A DNA stretch of 64,000 nucleotides from Escherichia coli (GTDB lineage Bacteria; Pseudomonadota; Gammaproteobacteria; Enterobacterales; Enterobacteriaceae): assembly GCF_016903815.1 (NCBI RefSeq), contig NZ_CP069973.1; one strand, written 5' to 3'. Position 1 is the stretch's first letter, and every line of letters begins with the position of its first letter. The notes under the pieces are model-generated. The model ran no database searches and had not been told where the DNA came from. It worked only from the letters and a program-made list of their open reading frames with translations. The position numbers and the translations under genes are program-made. Shown here one piece after another: positions 53,801-60,610 of this stretch.

Positions 53801-54329
53801 CGCCGCACAACGCCTGTACGCCAAAGGTGAGCAGGTTCGGATGGTGTTAATCGATCCCGTGTGCCGACAGGATTTCTGTTGCGAAAACCGGGCGGCCCTG
53901 CTGCGCCTGTTAGCCGAAGGACAAACGCCTCTGGCACTGCCCGAACATTTCGACCAGCAGACGCCCGACAGCCAGCTTGCCGACTTTATCAGCCTCGCTA
54001 AAACGGCCGGTATGGTGTCGCAAAACCTGACGCTGCAAGCGGCAGAAACGTGGCTCGACAACATCGCGCATCTGCTGCGTTTACTGACTGAGCATACGCC
54101 GGGCGAAAGCGTTCCGGTCCCCTGTCTCATGGTGTATGCCGCCGGGAGACCCTCGCGCTGGACGCCAGCAGAAACCGAGTGGCAGGGCTGGATAAACAAC
54201 GCCGACGACGCTGTGATTGAAGCCAGCCACTGGCAAATCATGATGGAAGCCCCCCACGTTCAGGCTTGTGCGCAACACATTACGCGCTGGCTTTGCGCAA
54301 CCTCAACGCAACCGGAGAACACGTTATGA
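44838..54329 (+). CDS. irp1: yersiniabactin PKS/NRPS hybrid HMWP1 (3163 aa)
   Basis: KS (TACSSSLVAVH), AT (GHSVGEFAA), KR (TGAFGGLGR), ACP (LGMDSLL), Cy (FPLTPIQHAYWLGR, DLLQFDVQS), MT, PCP (GGDSLMATR), TE (GWSYGA). Confidence 0.95.
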   Translation: MDNLRFSSAPTADSIDASIAQHYPDCEPVAVIGYACHFPESPDGETFWQNLLEGRECSRRFTREELLAVGLDAAIIDDPHYVNIGTVLDNADCFDATLFGYSRQEAESMDPQQRLFLQAVWHALEHAGYAPGAVPHKTGVFASSRMSTYPGREALNVTEVAQVKGLQSLMGNDKDYIATRAAYKLNLHGPALSVQTACSSSLVAVHLACESLRAGESDMAVAGGVALSFPQQAGYRYQPGMIFSPDGHCRPFDASAEGTWAGNGLGCVVLRRLRDALLSGDPIISVILSSAVNNDGNRKVGYTAPSVAGQQAVIEEALMLAAIDDRQVGYIETHGTGTPLGDAIEIEALRNVYAPRPQDQRCALGSVKSNMGHLDTAAGIAGLLKTVLAVSRGQIPPLLNFHTPNPALKLEESPFTIPVSAQAWQDEMRYAGVSSFGIGGTNCHMIVASLPDALNARLPNTDSGRKSTALLLSAASDSALRRLATDYAGALRENADASSLAFTALHARRLDLPFRLAAPLNRETAEALSAWASEKSGALVYSGHGASGKQVWLFTGQGSHWRTMGQTMYQHSTAFADTLDRCFSACSEMLTPSLREAMFNPDSAQLDNMAWAQPAIVAFEIAMAAHWRAEGLKPDFAIGHSVGEFAAAVVCGHYTIEQVMPLVCRRGALMQQCASGAMVAVFADEDTLMPLARQFELDLAANNGTQHTVFSGPEARLAVFCATLSQHDINYRRLSVTGAAHSALLEPILDRFQDACAGLHAEPGQIPIISTLTANVIDESTLNQADYWRRHMRQPVRFIQSIQVAHQLGTRVFLEMGPDAQLVACGQREYRDNAYWIASARRNKEASDVLNQALLQLYAAGVALPWADLLAGDGQRIAAPCYPFDTERYWKERVSPACEPADAALSAGLEVASRAATALDLPRLEALKQCATRLHAIYVDQLVQRCTGDAIENGVDAMTIMRRGRLLPRYQQLLQRLLNNCVVDGDYRCTDGRYVRARPIEHQQRESLLTELAGYCEGFQAIPDTIARAGDRLYEMMSGAEEPVAIIFPQSASDGVEVLYQEFSFGRYFNQIAAGVLRGIVQTRQPRQPLRILEVGGGTGGTTAWLLPELNGVPALEYHFTDISALFTRRAQQKFADYDFVKYSELDLEKEAQSQGFQAQSYDLIVAANVIHATRHIGRTLDNLRPLLKPGGRLLMREITQPMRLFDFVFGPLVLPLQDLDAREGELFLTTAQWQQQCRHAGFSKVAWLPQDGSPTAGMSEHIILATLPGQAVSAVTFTAPSEPVLGQALTDNGDYLADWSDCAGQPEQFNARWQEAWRLLSQRHGDALPVEPPPVAAPEWLGKVRLSWQNKAFSRGQMRVEARHPAGEWLPLSPAAPLPAPQTHYQWRWTPLNVASIDHPLTFSFSAGTLARSDELAQYGIIHDPHASSRLMIVEESEDTLALAEKVIAALTASAAGLIVVTRRAWRVEENEALSASHHALWALLRVAANEQPERLLAAIDLAENTPWETLHQGLSAVSLSQRWLAARGDTLWLPSLSPNTGCAAELPANVFTGDSRWHLVTGAFGGLGRLAVNWLREKGARRIALLAPRVDESWLRDVEGGQTRVCRCDVGDAGQLATVLDDLAANGGIAGAIHAAGVLADAPLQELDDHQLAAVFAVKAQAASQLLQTLRNHDGRYLILYSSAAATLGAPGQSAHALACGYLDGLAQQFSTLDAPKTLSVAWGAWGESGRAATPEMLATLASRGMGALSDAEGCWHLEQAVMRGAPWRLAMRVFTDKMPPLQQALFNISATEKAATPVIPPADDNAFNGSLSDETAVMAWLKKRIAVQLRLSDPASLHPNQDLLQLGMDSLLFLELSSDIQHYLGVRINAERAWQDLSPHGLTQLICSKPEATPAASQPEVLRHDADERYAPFPLTPIQHAYWLGRTHLIGYGGVACHVLFEWDKRHDEFDLAILEKAWNQLIARHDMLRMVVDADGQQRILATTPEYHIPRDDLRALSPEEQRIALEKRRHELSYRVLPADQWPLFELVVSEIDDCHYRLHMNLDLLQFDVQSFKVMMDDLAQVWRGETLAPLAITFRDYVMAEQARLQTSAWHDAWDYWQEKLPQLPLAPELPVVETPPETPHFTTFKSTFGKTEWQAVKQRWQQQGVTPSAALLTLFAATLERWSRTTTFTLNLTFFNRQPIHPQINQLIGDFTSVMLVDFNFSAPVTLQEQMQQTQQRLWQNMAHSEMNGVEVIRELGRLRGSQRQPLMPVVFTSMLGMTLEGMTIDQAMSHLFGEPCYVFTQTPQVWLDHQVMESNGELMFSWYCMDNVLEPGAAEAMFNDYCAILQAVIAAPESLKTLASGIARHIPRRRWPLNAQADYDLRDIEQATLEYPGIRQARAEITEQGALTLDIVMADDPSPSAAMPDEHELTQLALPLPEQAQLDELEATWRWLEARALQGIAATLNRHGLFTTPEIAHRFSAIVQALSAQASHQRLLRQWLQCLTEREWLIREGESWRCRIPLSEIPEPQEACPQSQWSQALAQYLETCIARHDALFSGQCSPLELLFNEQHRVTDALYRDNPASACLNRYTAQIAALCSAERILEVGAGTAATTAPVLKATRNTRQSYHFTDVSAQFLNDARARFHDESQVSYALFDINQPLDFTAHPEAGYDLIVAVNVLHDASHVVQTLRRLKLLLKAGGRLLIVEATERNSVFQLASVGFIEGLSGYRDFRRRDEKPMLTRSAWQEVLVQAGFANELAWPAQESSPLRQHLLVARSPGVNRPDKKAVSRYLQQRFGTGLPILQIRQREALFTPLHAPSDAPTEPAKPTPVAGGNPALEKQVAELWQSLLSRPVARHHDFFELGGDSLMATRMVAQLNRRGIARANLQDLFSHSTLSDFCAHLQAATSGEDNPIPLCQGDGEETLFVFHASDGDISAWLPLASALNRRVFGLQAKSPQRFATLDQMIDEYVGCIRRQQPHGPYVLAGWSYGAFLAAGAAQRLYAKGEQVRMVLIDPVCRQDFCCENRAALLRLLAEGQTPLALPEHFDQQTPDSQLADFISLAKTAGMVSQNLTLQAAETWLDNIAHLLRLLTEHTPGESVPVPCLMVYAAGRPSRWTPAETEWQGWINNADDAVIEASHWQIMMEAPHVQACAQHITRWLCATSTQPENTL

Positions 54330-55426
54330 TGCCGTCCGCCTCCCCAAAACAACGCGTACTGATTGTGGGCGCCAAATTTGGCGAAATGTACCTGAATGCC
54401 TTTATGCAGCCCCCGGAGGGGCTGGAACTGGTCGGCCTGCTGGCGCAGGGAAGCGCCCGTTCAAGAGAGCTGGCTCATGCGTTTGGCATTCCGCTGTATA
54501 CCTCGCCGGAACAGATAACCAGGATGCCGGATATCGCCTGTATTGTCGTGCGTTCGACCGTCGCCGGAGGAACCGGTACGCAGCTTGCCAGACACTTTCT
54601 GACGCGCGGCGTACACGTCATTCAGGAGCATCCCCTCCACCCGGATGACATCAGTTCCTTACAAACGCTGGCGCAGGAACAGGGCTGCTGCTATTGGGTA
54701 AACACGTTTTATCCGCATACGCGCGCGGGACGCACATGGCTTCGCGATGCGCAGCAGCTGCGTCGCTGCCTGGCTAAGACGCCGCCGGTAGTCCACGCCA
54801 CCACCAGCCGACAGTTGCTCTACTCCACTCTGGATTTGTTGTTGCTGGCTCTGGGCGTTGATGCCGCCGCCGTGGAGTGCGACGTGGTTGGCAGCTTTAG
54901 CGATTTTCACTGTCTGAGACTCTTCTGGCCGGAGGGAGAAGCCTGCCTGCTGCTTCAGCGCTATCTCGATCCTGACGATCCAGATATGCATAGCCTTATC
55001 ATGCACCGCCTGCTGCTGGGCTGGCCGGAAGGTCATCTTTCGCTGGAGGCGAGCTACGGCCCCGTCATCTGGTCATCCAGCCTGTTTGTCGCAGACCATC
55101 AGGAGAACGCCCACAGCCTCTACCGCAGACCGGAGATCCTGCGCGATCTGCCGGGTCTGACGCGCAGCGCGGCGCCCCTGAGCTGGCGCGACTGCTGCGA
55201 AACCGTCGGGCCGGAGGGCGTCAGTTGGTTGCTACACCAGTTGCGCAGCCATCTGGCGGGCGAACATCCACCAGCGGCCTGCCAAAGCGTACATCAGATC
55301 GCGTTATCACGTTTATGGCAGCAGATTTTACGTAAGACCGGCAATGCGGAGATCAGACGCCTGACGCCGCCGCACCACGACCGGTTAGCCGGTTTCTACA
55401 ACGATGATGATAAGGAGGCGCTGTGA
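54326..55426 (+). CDS. ybtU: thiazolinyl imide reductase YbtU (366 aa)
   Basis: Start ATG overlaps the irp1 stop (ATGATG); N-terminal Rossmann-like GAKFG motif. Confidence 0.9.
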   Translation: MMPSASPKQRVLIVGAKFGEMYLNAFMQPPEGLELVGLLAQGSARSRELAHAFGIPLYTSPEQITRMPDIACIVVRSTVAGGTGTQLARHFLTRGVHVIQEHPLHPDDISSLQTLAQEQGCCYWVNTFYPHTRAGRTWLRDAQQLRRCLAKTPPVVHATTSRQLLYSTLDLLLLALGVDAAAVECDVVGSFSDFHCLRLFWPEGEACLLLQRYLDPDDPDMHSLIMHRLLLGWPEGHLSLEASYGPVIWSSSLFVADHQENAHSLYRRPEILRDLPGLTRSAAPLSWRDCCETVGPEGVSWLLHQLRSHLAGEHPPAACQSVHQIALSRLWQQILRKTGNAEIRRLTPPHHDRLAGFYNDDDKEAL

Positions 55427-56226
55427 CGCAATCTGCAATGTGCATCCCGCTGTGGCCCGCCCGGAACGGCAATACTGCGCATCTGGTCATGTGCCCTTTC
55501 GCTGGCGGCAGCAGTAGCGCGTTTCGCCACTGGCAAGCTGAGCAACTGGCTGATTGCGCGCTTTCTCTGGTGACCTGGCCGGGGCGCGATCGCCTTCGCC
55601 ATCTGGAACCGCTCAGAAGCATTACACAACTGGCGGCACTGCTGGCGAACGAGCTGGAAGCATCCGTATCGCCTGACACGCCGCTTTTACTCGCCGGGCA
55701 CAGCATGGGGGCGCAGGTGGCGTTTGAAACCTGCCGACTTCTGGAGCAACGGGGGCTTGCGCCACAAGGACTGATTATTTCCGGGTGCCATGCCCCGCAT
55801 CTGCATTCTGAACGCCAGCTCAGCCATCGCGATGATGCCGACTTTATCGCTGAGCTGATAGACATTGGCGGATGTTCTCCTGAACTGCGGGAAAACCAGG
55901 AATTAATGTCGCTGTTTCTTCCTCTTCTGCGCGCTGATTTTTACGCCACCGAGAGCTATCACTACGACTCGCCCGACGTCTGTCCGCCGCTGCGCACGCC
56001 TGCGCTGTTATTGTGCGGCAGCCACGATCGCGAAGCCTCCTGGCAGCAGGTCGATACCTGGCGTCAGTGGCTGAGCCACGTTACAGGCCCGGTGGTGATT
56101 GACGGCGATCATTTCTATCCCATTCAACAAGCCCGGTCCTTTTTTACGCAGATTGTCCGCCATTTTCCCCACGCATTTTCTGCAATGACCGCGTTGCAAA
56201 AACAGCCCAGTACTTCAGAAAGGTGA
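55423..56226 (+). CDS. ybtT: type II thioesterase YbtT (267 aa)
   Basis: GHSMGA active-site motif; 4-nt overlap with ybtU. Confidence 0.92.
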   Translation: MTQSAMCIPLWPARNGNTAHLVMCPFAGGSSSAFRHWQAEQLADCALSLVTWPGRDRLRHLEPLRSITQLAALLANELEASVSPDTPLLLAGHSMGAQVAFETCRLLEQRGLAPQGLIISGCHAPHLHSERQLSHRDDADFIAELIDIGGCSPELRENQELMSLFLPLLRADFYATESYHYDSPDVCPPLRTPALLLCGSHDREASWQQVDTWRQWLSHVTGPVVIDGDHFYPIQQARSFFTQIVRHFPHAFSAMTALQKQPSTSER

Positions 56227-56229
56227 CGC

Positions 56230-57807
56230 ATGAATTCTTCCTTTGAATCTCTGATTGAACAGTATCCCTTACCCATTGCCGAACAGTTGCGCCACTGGGC
56301 GGCCCGTTATGCCTCGCGAATTGCCGTCGTTGATGCAAAGGGGTCGTTAACCTACAGCGCGCTTGATGCACAAGTTGACGAACTTGCCGCAGGTCTGTCA
56401 TCACTGGGTTTGCGTTCGGGGGAGCATGTAATTGTGCAGCTTCCCAACGACAACGCGTTTGTTACCCTGCTGTTCGCCTTGTTAAGACTGGGCGTTATCC
56501 CCGTGCTGGCGATGCCCTCGCAACGGGCTCTGGATATCGACGCGCTGATTGAGCTGGCGCAACCCGTCGCTTACGTTATTCACGGGGAAAACCACGCAGA
56601 GCTGGCCCGACAGATGGCGCACAAACACGCCTGCTTGCGTCATGTTCTGGTCGCTGGAGAGACCGTGAGCGACGATTTTACGCCGCTCTTCTCCCTTCAC
56701 GGTGAGCGACAGGCATGGCCGCAGCCTGATGTTTCCGCCACCGCGTTGTTGTTGCTCTCAGGCGGCACAACCGGCACGCCCAAACTCATCCCGCGCCGAC
56801 ATGCCGACTATAGCTATAACTTCAGCGCTTCTGCTGAACTGTGCGGCATCAGCCAACAGAGCGTGTATCTCGCCGTCCTCCCGGTGGCGCATAACTTTCC
56901 GCTGGCCTGCCCCGGTATTCTGGGAACGCTTGCCTGCGGCGGAAAAGTGGTGCTGACCGACAGCGCCAGCTGTGATGAGGTGATGCCTTTAATCGCGCAG
57001 GAAAGAGTGACTCACGTCGCCCTGGTTCCGGCGCTGGCGCAATTATGGGTGCAGGCCAGGGAGTGGGAAGACAGCGACCTTTCGTCGCTGCGCGTCATTC
57101 AGGCAGGCGGCGCCCGGCTCGACCCGACGCTTGCTGAGCAGGTTATCGCCACCTTTGACTGTACCCTGCAACAGGTTTTCGGTATGGCGGAAGGCCTGCT
57201 CTGTTTTACCCGGCTGGACGATCCGCATGCCACCATTCTCCACAGCCAGGGGCGCCCGTTGTCCCCTCTGGATGAAATCCGCATCGTTGATCAAGACGAG
57301 AACGACGTCGCGCCGGGCGAAACCGGGCAATTGTTAACGCGCGGCCCTTATACCATTTCGGGCTATTACCGCGCTCCTGCCCACAACGCGCAGGCCTTTA
57401 CCGCGCAAGGGTTTTACCGCACAGGCGACAATGTCAGGCTGGATGAGGTGGGGAACCTGCACGTTGAGGGACGCATAAAAGAGCAGATCAACCGCGCCGG
57501 AGAAAAAATAGCCGCGGCTGAAGTGGAATCGGCACTGCTGCGTTTAGCGGAAGTGCAAGATTGCGCGGTGGTCGCCGCGCCGGACACGCTGCTTGGCGAG
57601 CGGATTTGCGCGTTTATCATCGCGCAGCAGGTGCCAACTGACTATCAGCAGTTGCGTCAACAACTGACCCGTATGGGGCTCAGCGCGTGGAAAATTCCTG
57701 ACCAAATCGAGTTTCTGGACCACTGGCCGCTCACCGCCGTCGGCAAGATAGACAAAAAACGCCTGACGGCTCTCGCCGTCGACCGTTATCGCCATTCTGC
57801 CCAATAA
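56230..57807 (+). CDS. ybtE: salicyl-AMP ligase YbtE (525 aa)
   Basis: Adenylate-forming enzyme core motif SGGTTGTPKL; 525 aa. Confidence 0.93.
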   Translation: MNSSFESLIEQYPLPIAEQLRHWAARYASRIAVVDAKGSLTYSALDAQVDELAAGLSSLGLRSGEHVIVQLPNDNAFVTLLFALLRLGVIPVLAMPSQRALDIDALIELAQPVAYVIHGENHAELARQMAHKHACLRHVLVAGETVSDDFTPLFSLHGERQAWPQPDVSATALLLLSGGTTGTPKLIPRRHADYSYNFSASAELCGISQQSVYLAVLPVAHNFPLACPGILGTLACGGKVVLTDSASCDEVMPLIAQERVTHVALVPALAQLWVQAREWEDSDLSSLRVIQAGGARLDPTLAEQVIATFDCTLQQVFGMAEGLLCFTRLDDPHATILHSQGRPLSPLDEIRIVDQDENDVAPGETGQLLTRGPYTISGYYRAPAHNAQAFTAQGFYRTGDNVRLDEVGNLHVEGRIKEQINRAGEKIAAAEVESALLRLAEVQDCAVVAAPDTLLGERICAFIIAQQVPTDYQQLRQQLTRMGLSAWKIPDQIEFLDHWPLTAVGKIDKKRLTALAVDRYRHSAQ

Positions 57808-57815
57808 GCGCAAAC

Positions 57816-57886
57816 CGACCCGAAACAGGTTGAAATAAACCCGTTTCGGGTAGCACTACTATTAGAAATAGTTATCATTTTCAATT
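57816..57886. promoter_or_regulatory. fyuA promoter: inverted repeat (candidate YbtA site) plus Fur-box-like element
   Basis: ACCCGAAACAGG...CCCGTTTCGGGTAGCA at 57818-57855, then GAAATAGTTATCATTTTCAAT at about 57865-57885. Confidence 0.65.
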
Positions 57887-57937
57887 CACCATTGTCGGTA
57901 TTTTTGGCGTTTCGCCGTCTTACAGGGACTCACAACA

Positions 57938-59959
57938 ATGAAAATGACACGGCTTTATCCTCTGGCCTTGGGGGGATTATTGCTCCCCGCCATTGCTAAT
58001 GCCCAGACTTCACAGCAAGACGAAAGCACGCTGGTGGTTACCGCCAGTAAACAATCTTCCCGCTCGGCATCAGCCAACAACGTCTCGTCTACTGTTGTCA
58101 GCGCGCCGGAATTAAGCGACGCCGGCGTCACCGCCAGCGACAAACTCCCCAGAGTCTTGCCCGGGCTCAATATTGAAAATAGCGGCAACATGCTTTTTTC
58201 GACGATCTCGCTACGCGGCGTCTCTTCAGCGCAGGACTTCTATAACCCCGCCGTCACCCTGTATGTCGATGGCGTCCCTCAGCTTTCCACCAACACCATC
58301 CAGGCGCTTACCGATGTGCAAAGCGTGGAGTTGCTGCGAGGCCCACAGGGAACGTTATATGGCAAAAGCGCTCAGGGCGGGATCATCAACATCGTCACCC
58401 AGCAGCCGGACAGCACGCCGCGCGGCTATATTGAAGGCGGCGTCAGTAGCCGCGACAGTTATCGAAGTAAGTTCAACCTGAGCGGCCCCATTCAGGATGG
58501 CCTGCTGTACGGCAGCGTCACCCTGTTACGCCAGGTTGATGACGGCGACATGATTAACCCCGCGACGGGAAGCGATGACTTAGGCGGCACCCGCGCCAGC
58601 ATAGGGAATGTGAAACTGCGTCTGGCGCCGGACGATCAGCCCTGGGAAATGGGCTTTGCCGCCTCACGCGAATGTACCCGCGCCACCCAGGACGCCTATG
58701 TGGGATGGAATGATATTAAGGGCCGTAAGCTGTCGATCAGCGATGGTTCACCAGACCCGTACATGCGGCGCTGCACTGACAGCCAGACCCTGAGTGGGAA
58801 ATACACCACCGATGACTGGGTTTTCAACCTGATCAGCGCCTGGCAGCAGCAGCATTATTCGCGCACCTTCCCTTCAGGTTCGTTAATCGTCAATATGCCT
58901 CAGCGCTGGAATCAGGATGTGCAGGAGCTGCGCGCCGCAACCCTGGGCGATGCGCGTACCGTTGATATGGTGTTTGGGCTGTACCGGCAGAACACCCGCG
59001 AGAAGTTAAATTCAGCCTACGACATGCCGACAATGCCTTATTTAAGCAGTACCGGCTATACCACCGCTGAAACGCTGGCCGCATACAGTGACCTGACCTG
59101 GCATTTAACCGATCGTTTTGATATCGGCGGCGGCGTGCGCTTCTCGCATGATAAATCCAGTACACAATATCACGGCAGCATGCTCGGCAACCCGTTTGGC
59201 GACCAGGGTAAGAGCAATGACGATCAGGTGCTCGGGCAGCTATCCGCAGGCTATATGCTGACCGATGACTGGAGAGTGTATACCCGTGTAGCCCAGGGAT
59301 ATAAACCTTCCGGGTACAACATCGTGCCTACTGCGGGTCTTGATGCCAAACCGTTCGTCGCCGAGAAATCCATCAACTATGAACTTGGCACCCGCTACGA
59401 AACCGCTGACGTCACGCTGCAAGCTGCGACGTTTTATACCCACACCAAAGACATGCAGCTTTACTCTGGCCCGGTCGGGATGCAGACATTAAGCAATGCG
59501 GGTAAAGCCGACGCCACCGGCGTTGAGCTTGAAGCGAAGTGGCGGTTTGCGCCAGGCTGGTCATGGGATATCAATGGCAACGTGATCCGTTCCGAATTCA
59601 CCAATGACAGTGAGTTGTATCACGATAACCGGGTGCCGTTCGTACCACGTTATGGCGCGGGAAGCAGCGTGAACGGCGTGATTGATACGCGCTATGGCGC
59701 ACTGATGCCCCGACTGGCGGTTAATCTGGTCGGGCCGCATTATTTCGATGGCGACAACCAGTTGCGGCAAGGCACCTATGCCACCCTGGACAGCAGCCTG
59801 GGCTGGCAGGCGACTGAACGGATGAACATTTCCGTCTATGTCGATAACCTGTTCGACCGTCGTTACCGTACCTATGGCTACATGAACGGCAGCAGCGCCG
59901 TCGCGCAGGTCAATATGGGTCGCACCGTCGGTATCAATACGCGAATTGATTTCTTCTGA
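57938..59959 (+). CDS. fyuA: TonB-dependent yersiniabactin/pesticin outer-membrane receptor FyuA/Psn (673 aa)
   Basis: Signal peptide, TonB box (STLVVTAS), C-terminal terminal-Phe beta-barrel signature (...INTRIDFF). Confidence 0.95.
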   Translation: MKMTRLYPLALGGLLLPAIANAQTSQQDESTLVVTASKQSSRSASANNVSSTVVSAPELSDAGVTASDKLPRVLPGLNIENSGNMLFSTISLRGVSSAQDFYNPAVTLYVDGVPQLSTNTIQALTDVQSVELLRGPQGTLYGKSAQGGIINIVTQQPDSTPRGYIEGGVSSRDSYRSKFNLSGPIQDGLLYGSVTLLRQVDDGDMINPATGSDDLGGTRASIGNVKLRLAPDDQPWEMGFAASRECTRATQDAYVGWNDIKGRKLSISDGSPDPYMRRCTDSQTLSGKYTTDDWVFNLISAWQQQHYSRTFPSGSLIVNMPQRWNQDVQELRAATLGDARTVDMVFGLYRQNTREKLNSAYDMPTMPYLSSTGYTTAETLAAYSDLTWHLTDRFDIGGGVRFSHDKSSTQYHGSMLGNPFGDQGKSNDDQVLGQLSAGYMLTDDWRVYTRVAQGYKPSGYNIVPTAGLDAKPFVAEKSINYELGTRYETADVTLQAATFYTHTKDMQLYSGPVGMQTLSNAGKADATGVELEAKWRFAPGWSWDINGNVIRSEFTNDSELYHDNRVPFVPRYGAGSSVNGVIDTRYGALMPRLAVNLVGPHYFDGDNQLRQGTYATLDSSLGWQATERMNISVYVDNLFDRRYRTYGYMNGSSAVAQVNMGRTVGINTRIDFF

Positions 59960-59966
59960 TTATTGT

Positions 59967-59997
59967 AAAAGGGATACCGAAAAGGTATCCCTTTTAC
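59967..59997 (+). terminator. fyuA rho-independent terminator
   Basis: AAAAGGGATACC-GAAAA-GGTATCCCTTTT: 12-bp stem, 5-nt loop, T-tract. Confidence 0.8.
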
Positions 59998-60610
59998 ACC
60001 ACTAGTTAAAACCAGTAACTCAGCAGAGTCGCAAAAAATATTAATCCATAGTGATTATTTAAACAATGAAATTGCGATTAGGATAAATAGATTTAACTTT
60101 CTCGTTCCTTTCTCTCCTTATACTAAAGAAATAATCATATCAAAATAAAAATTCACAACAGTGCAACATTAAAAAATACAACCAACAAACAATCCTATAT
60201 ACAAGGCACATCTCCAGAATATAAAAGCACAGACAAACAACCTAAAAAAAACAACCCCATACATATAAATTATTTTATAGGTAAAATAGATTATATATTC
60301 TCATAGCTACCACAAACTATACTAGCCTGAACTATATTTATTCTGCTGCAATCAATGCATACATAACACAAATATCACTCAGGTACACTACTCAAACCAC
60401 GCTGGGATTTTTCCTCAAGTTATAATCATCACCCCGAAAATCATTCGGCATTTACTCATTAAATAGTCACCCCATAGGCCTGTACATGTTTACTCAGAAA
60501 TATACATCCTTTTCTCTGTCATAAACCCTCTGATTAATCATAAATAAATACTTGTGACACCAATCTTTTTCCTTAACGGAACGAATTGTTGTGTAGAAGG
60601 AGATAATATT

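Larger units (their letters stand above)
29843..59997. mobile_element. High-Pathogenicity Island (yersiniabactin genomic island) inserted at the asnT 3' end
   Basis: Begins within the asnT 3' end, followed by a P4-type integrase remnant and the full ybt/irp/fyuA gene set. Right end is placed at the fyuA terminator because no asnT-derived direct repeat was found. Confidence 0.85.

Noticed and set aside
38888-54241. Dozens of 60-200 aa ORFs on both strands inside irp2 and irp1 (for example 39542-39973, 49376-49729, 53756-54241)
   Set aside because: They lie entirely within long, motif-supported NRPS/PKS frames in GC-rich DNA, where spurious antisense and off-frame ORFs are expected; Arg/Ala/Pro/Ser-rich composition and no RBS.
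59998-60100. Candidate HPI right-end attachment repeat (CCAGTAACTCAGCAGAG)
   Set aside because: Too degenerate relative to the asnT 3' end to call a direct repeat without an alignment.
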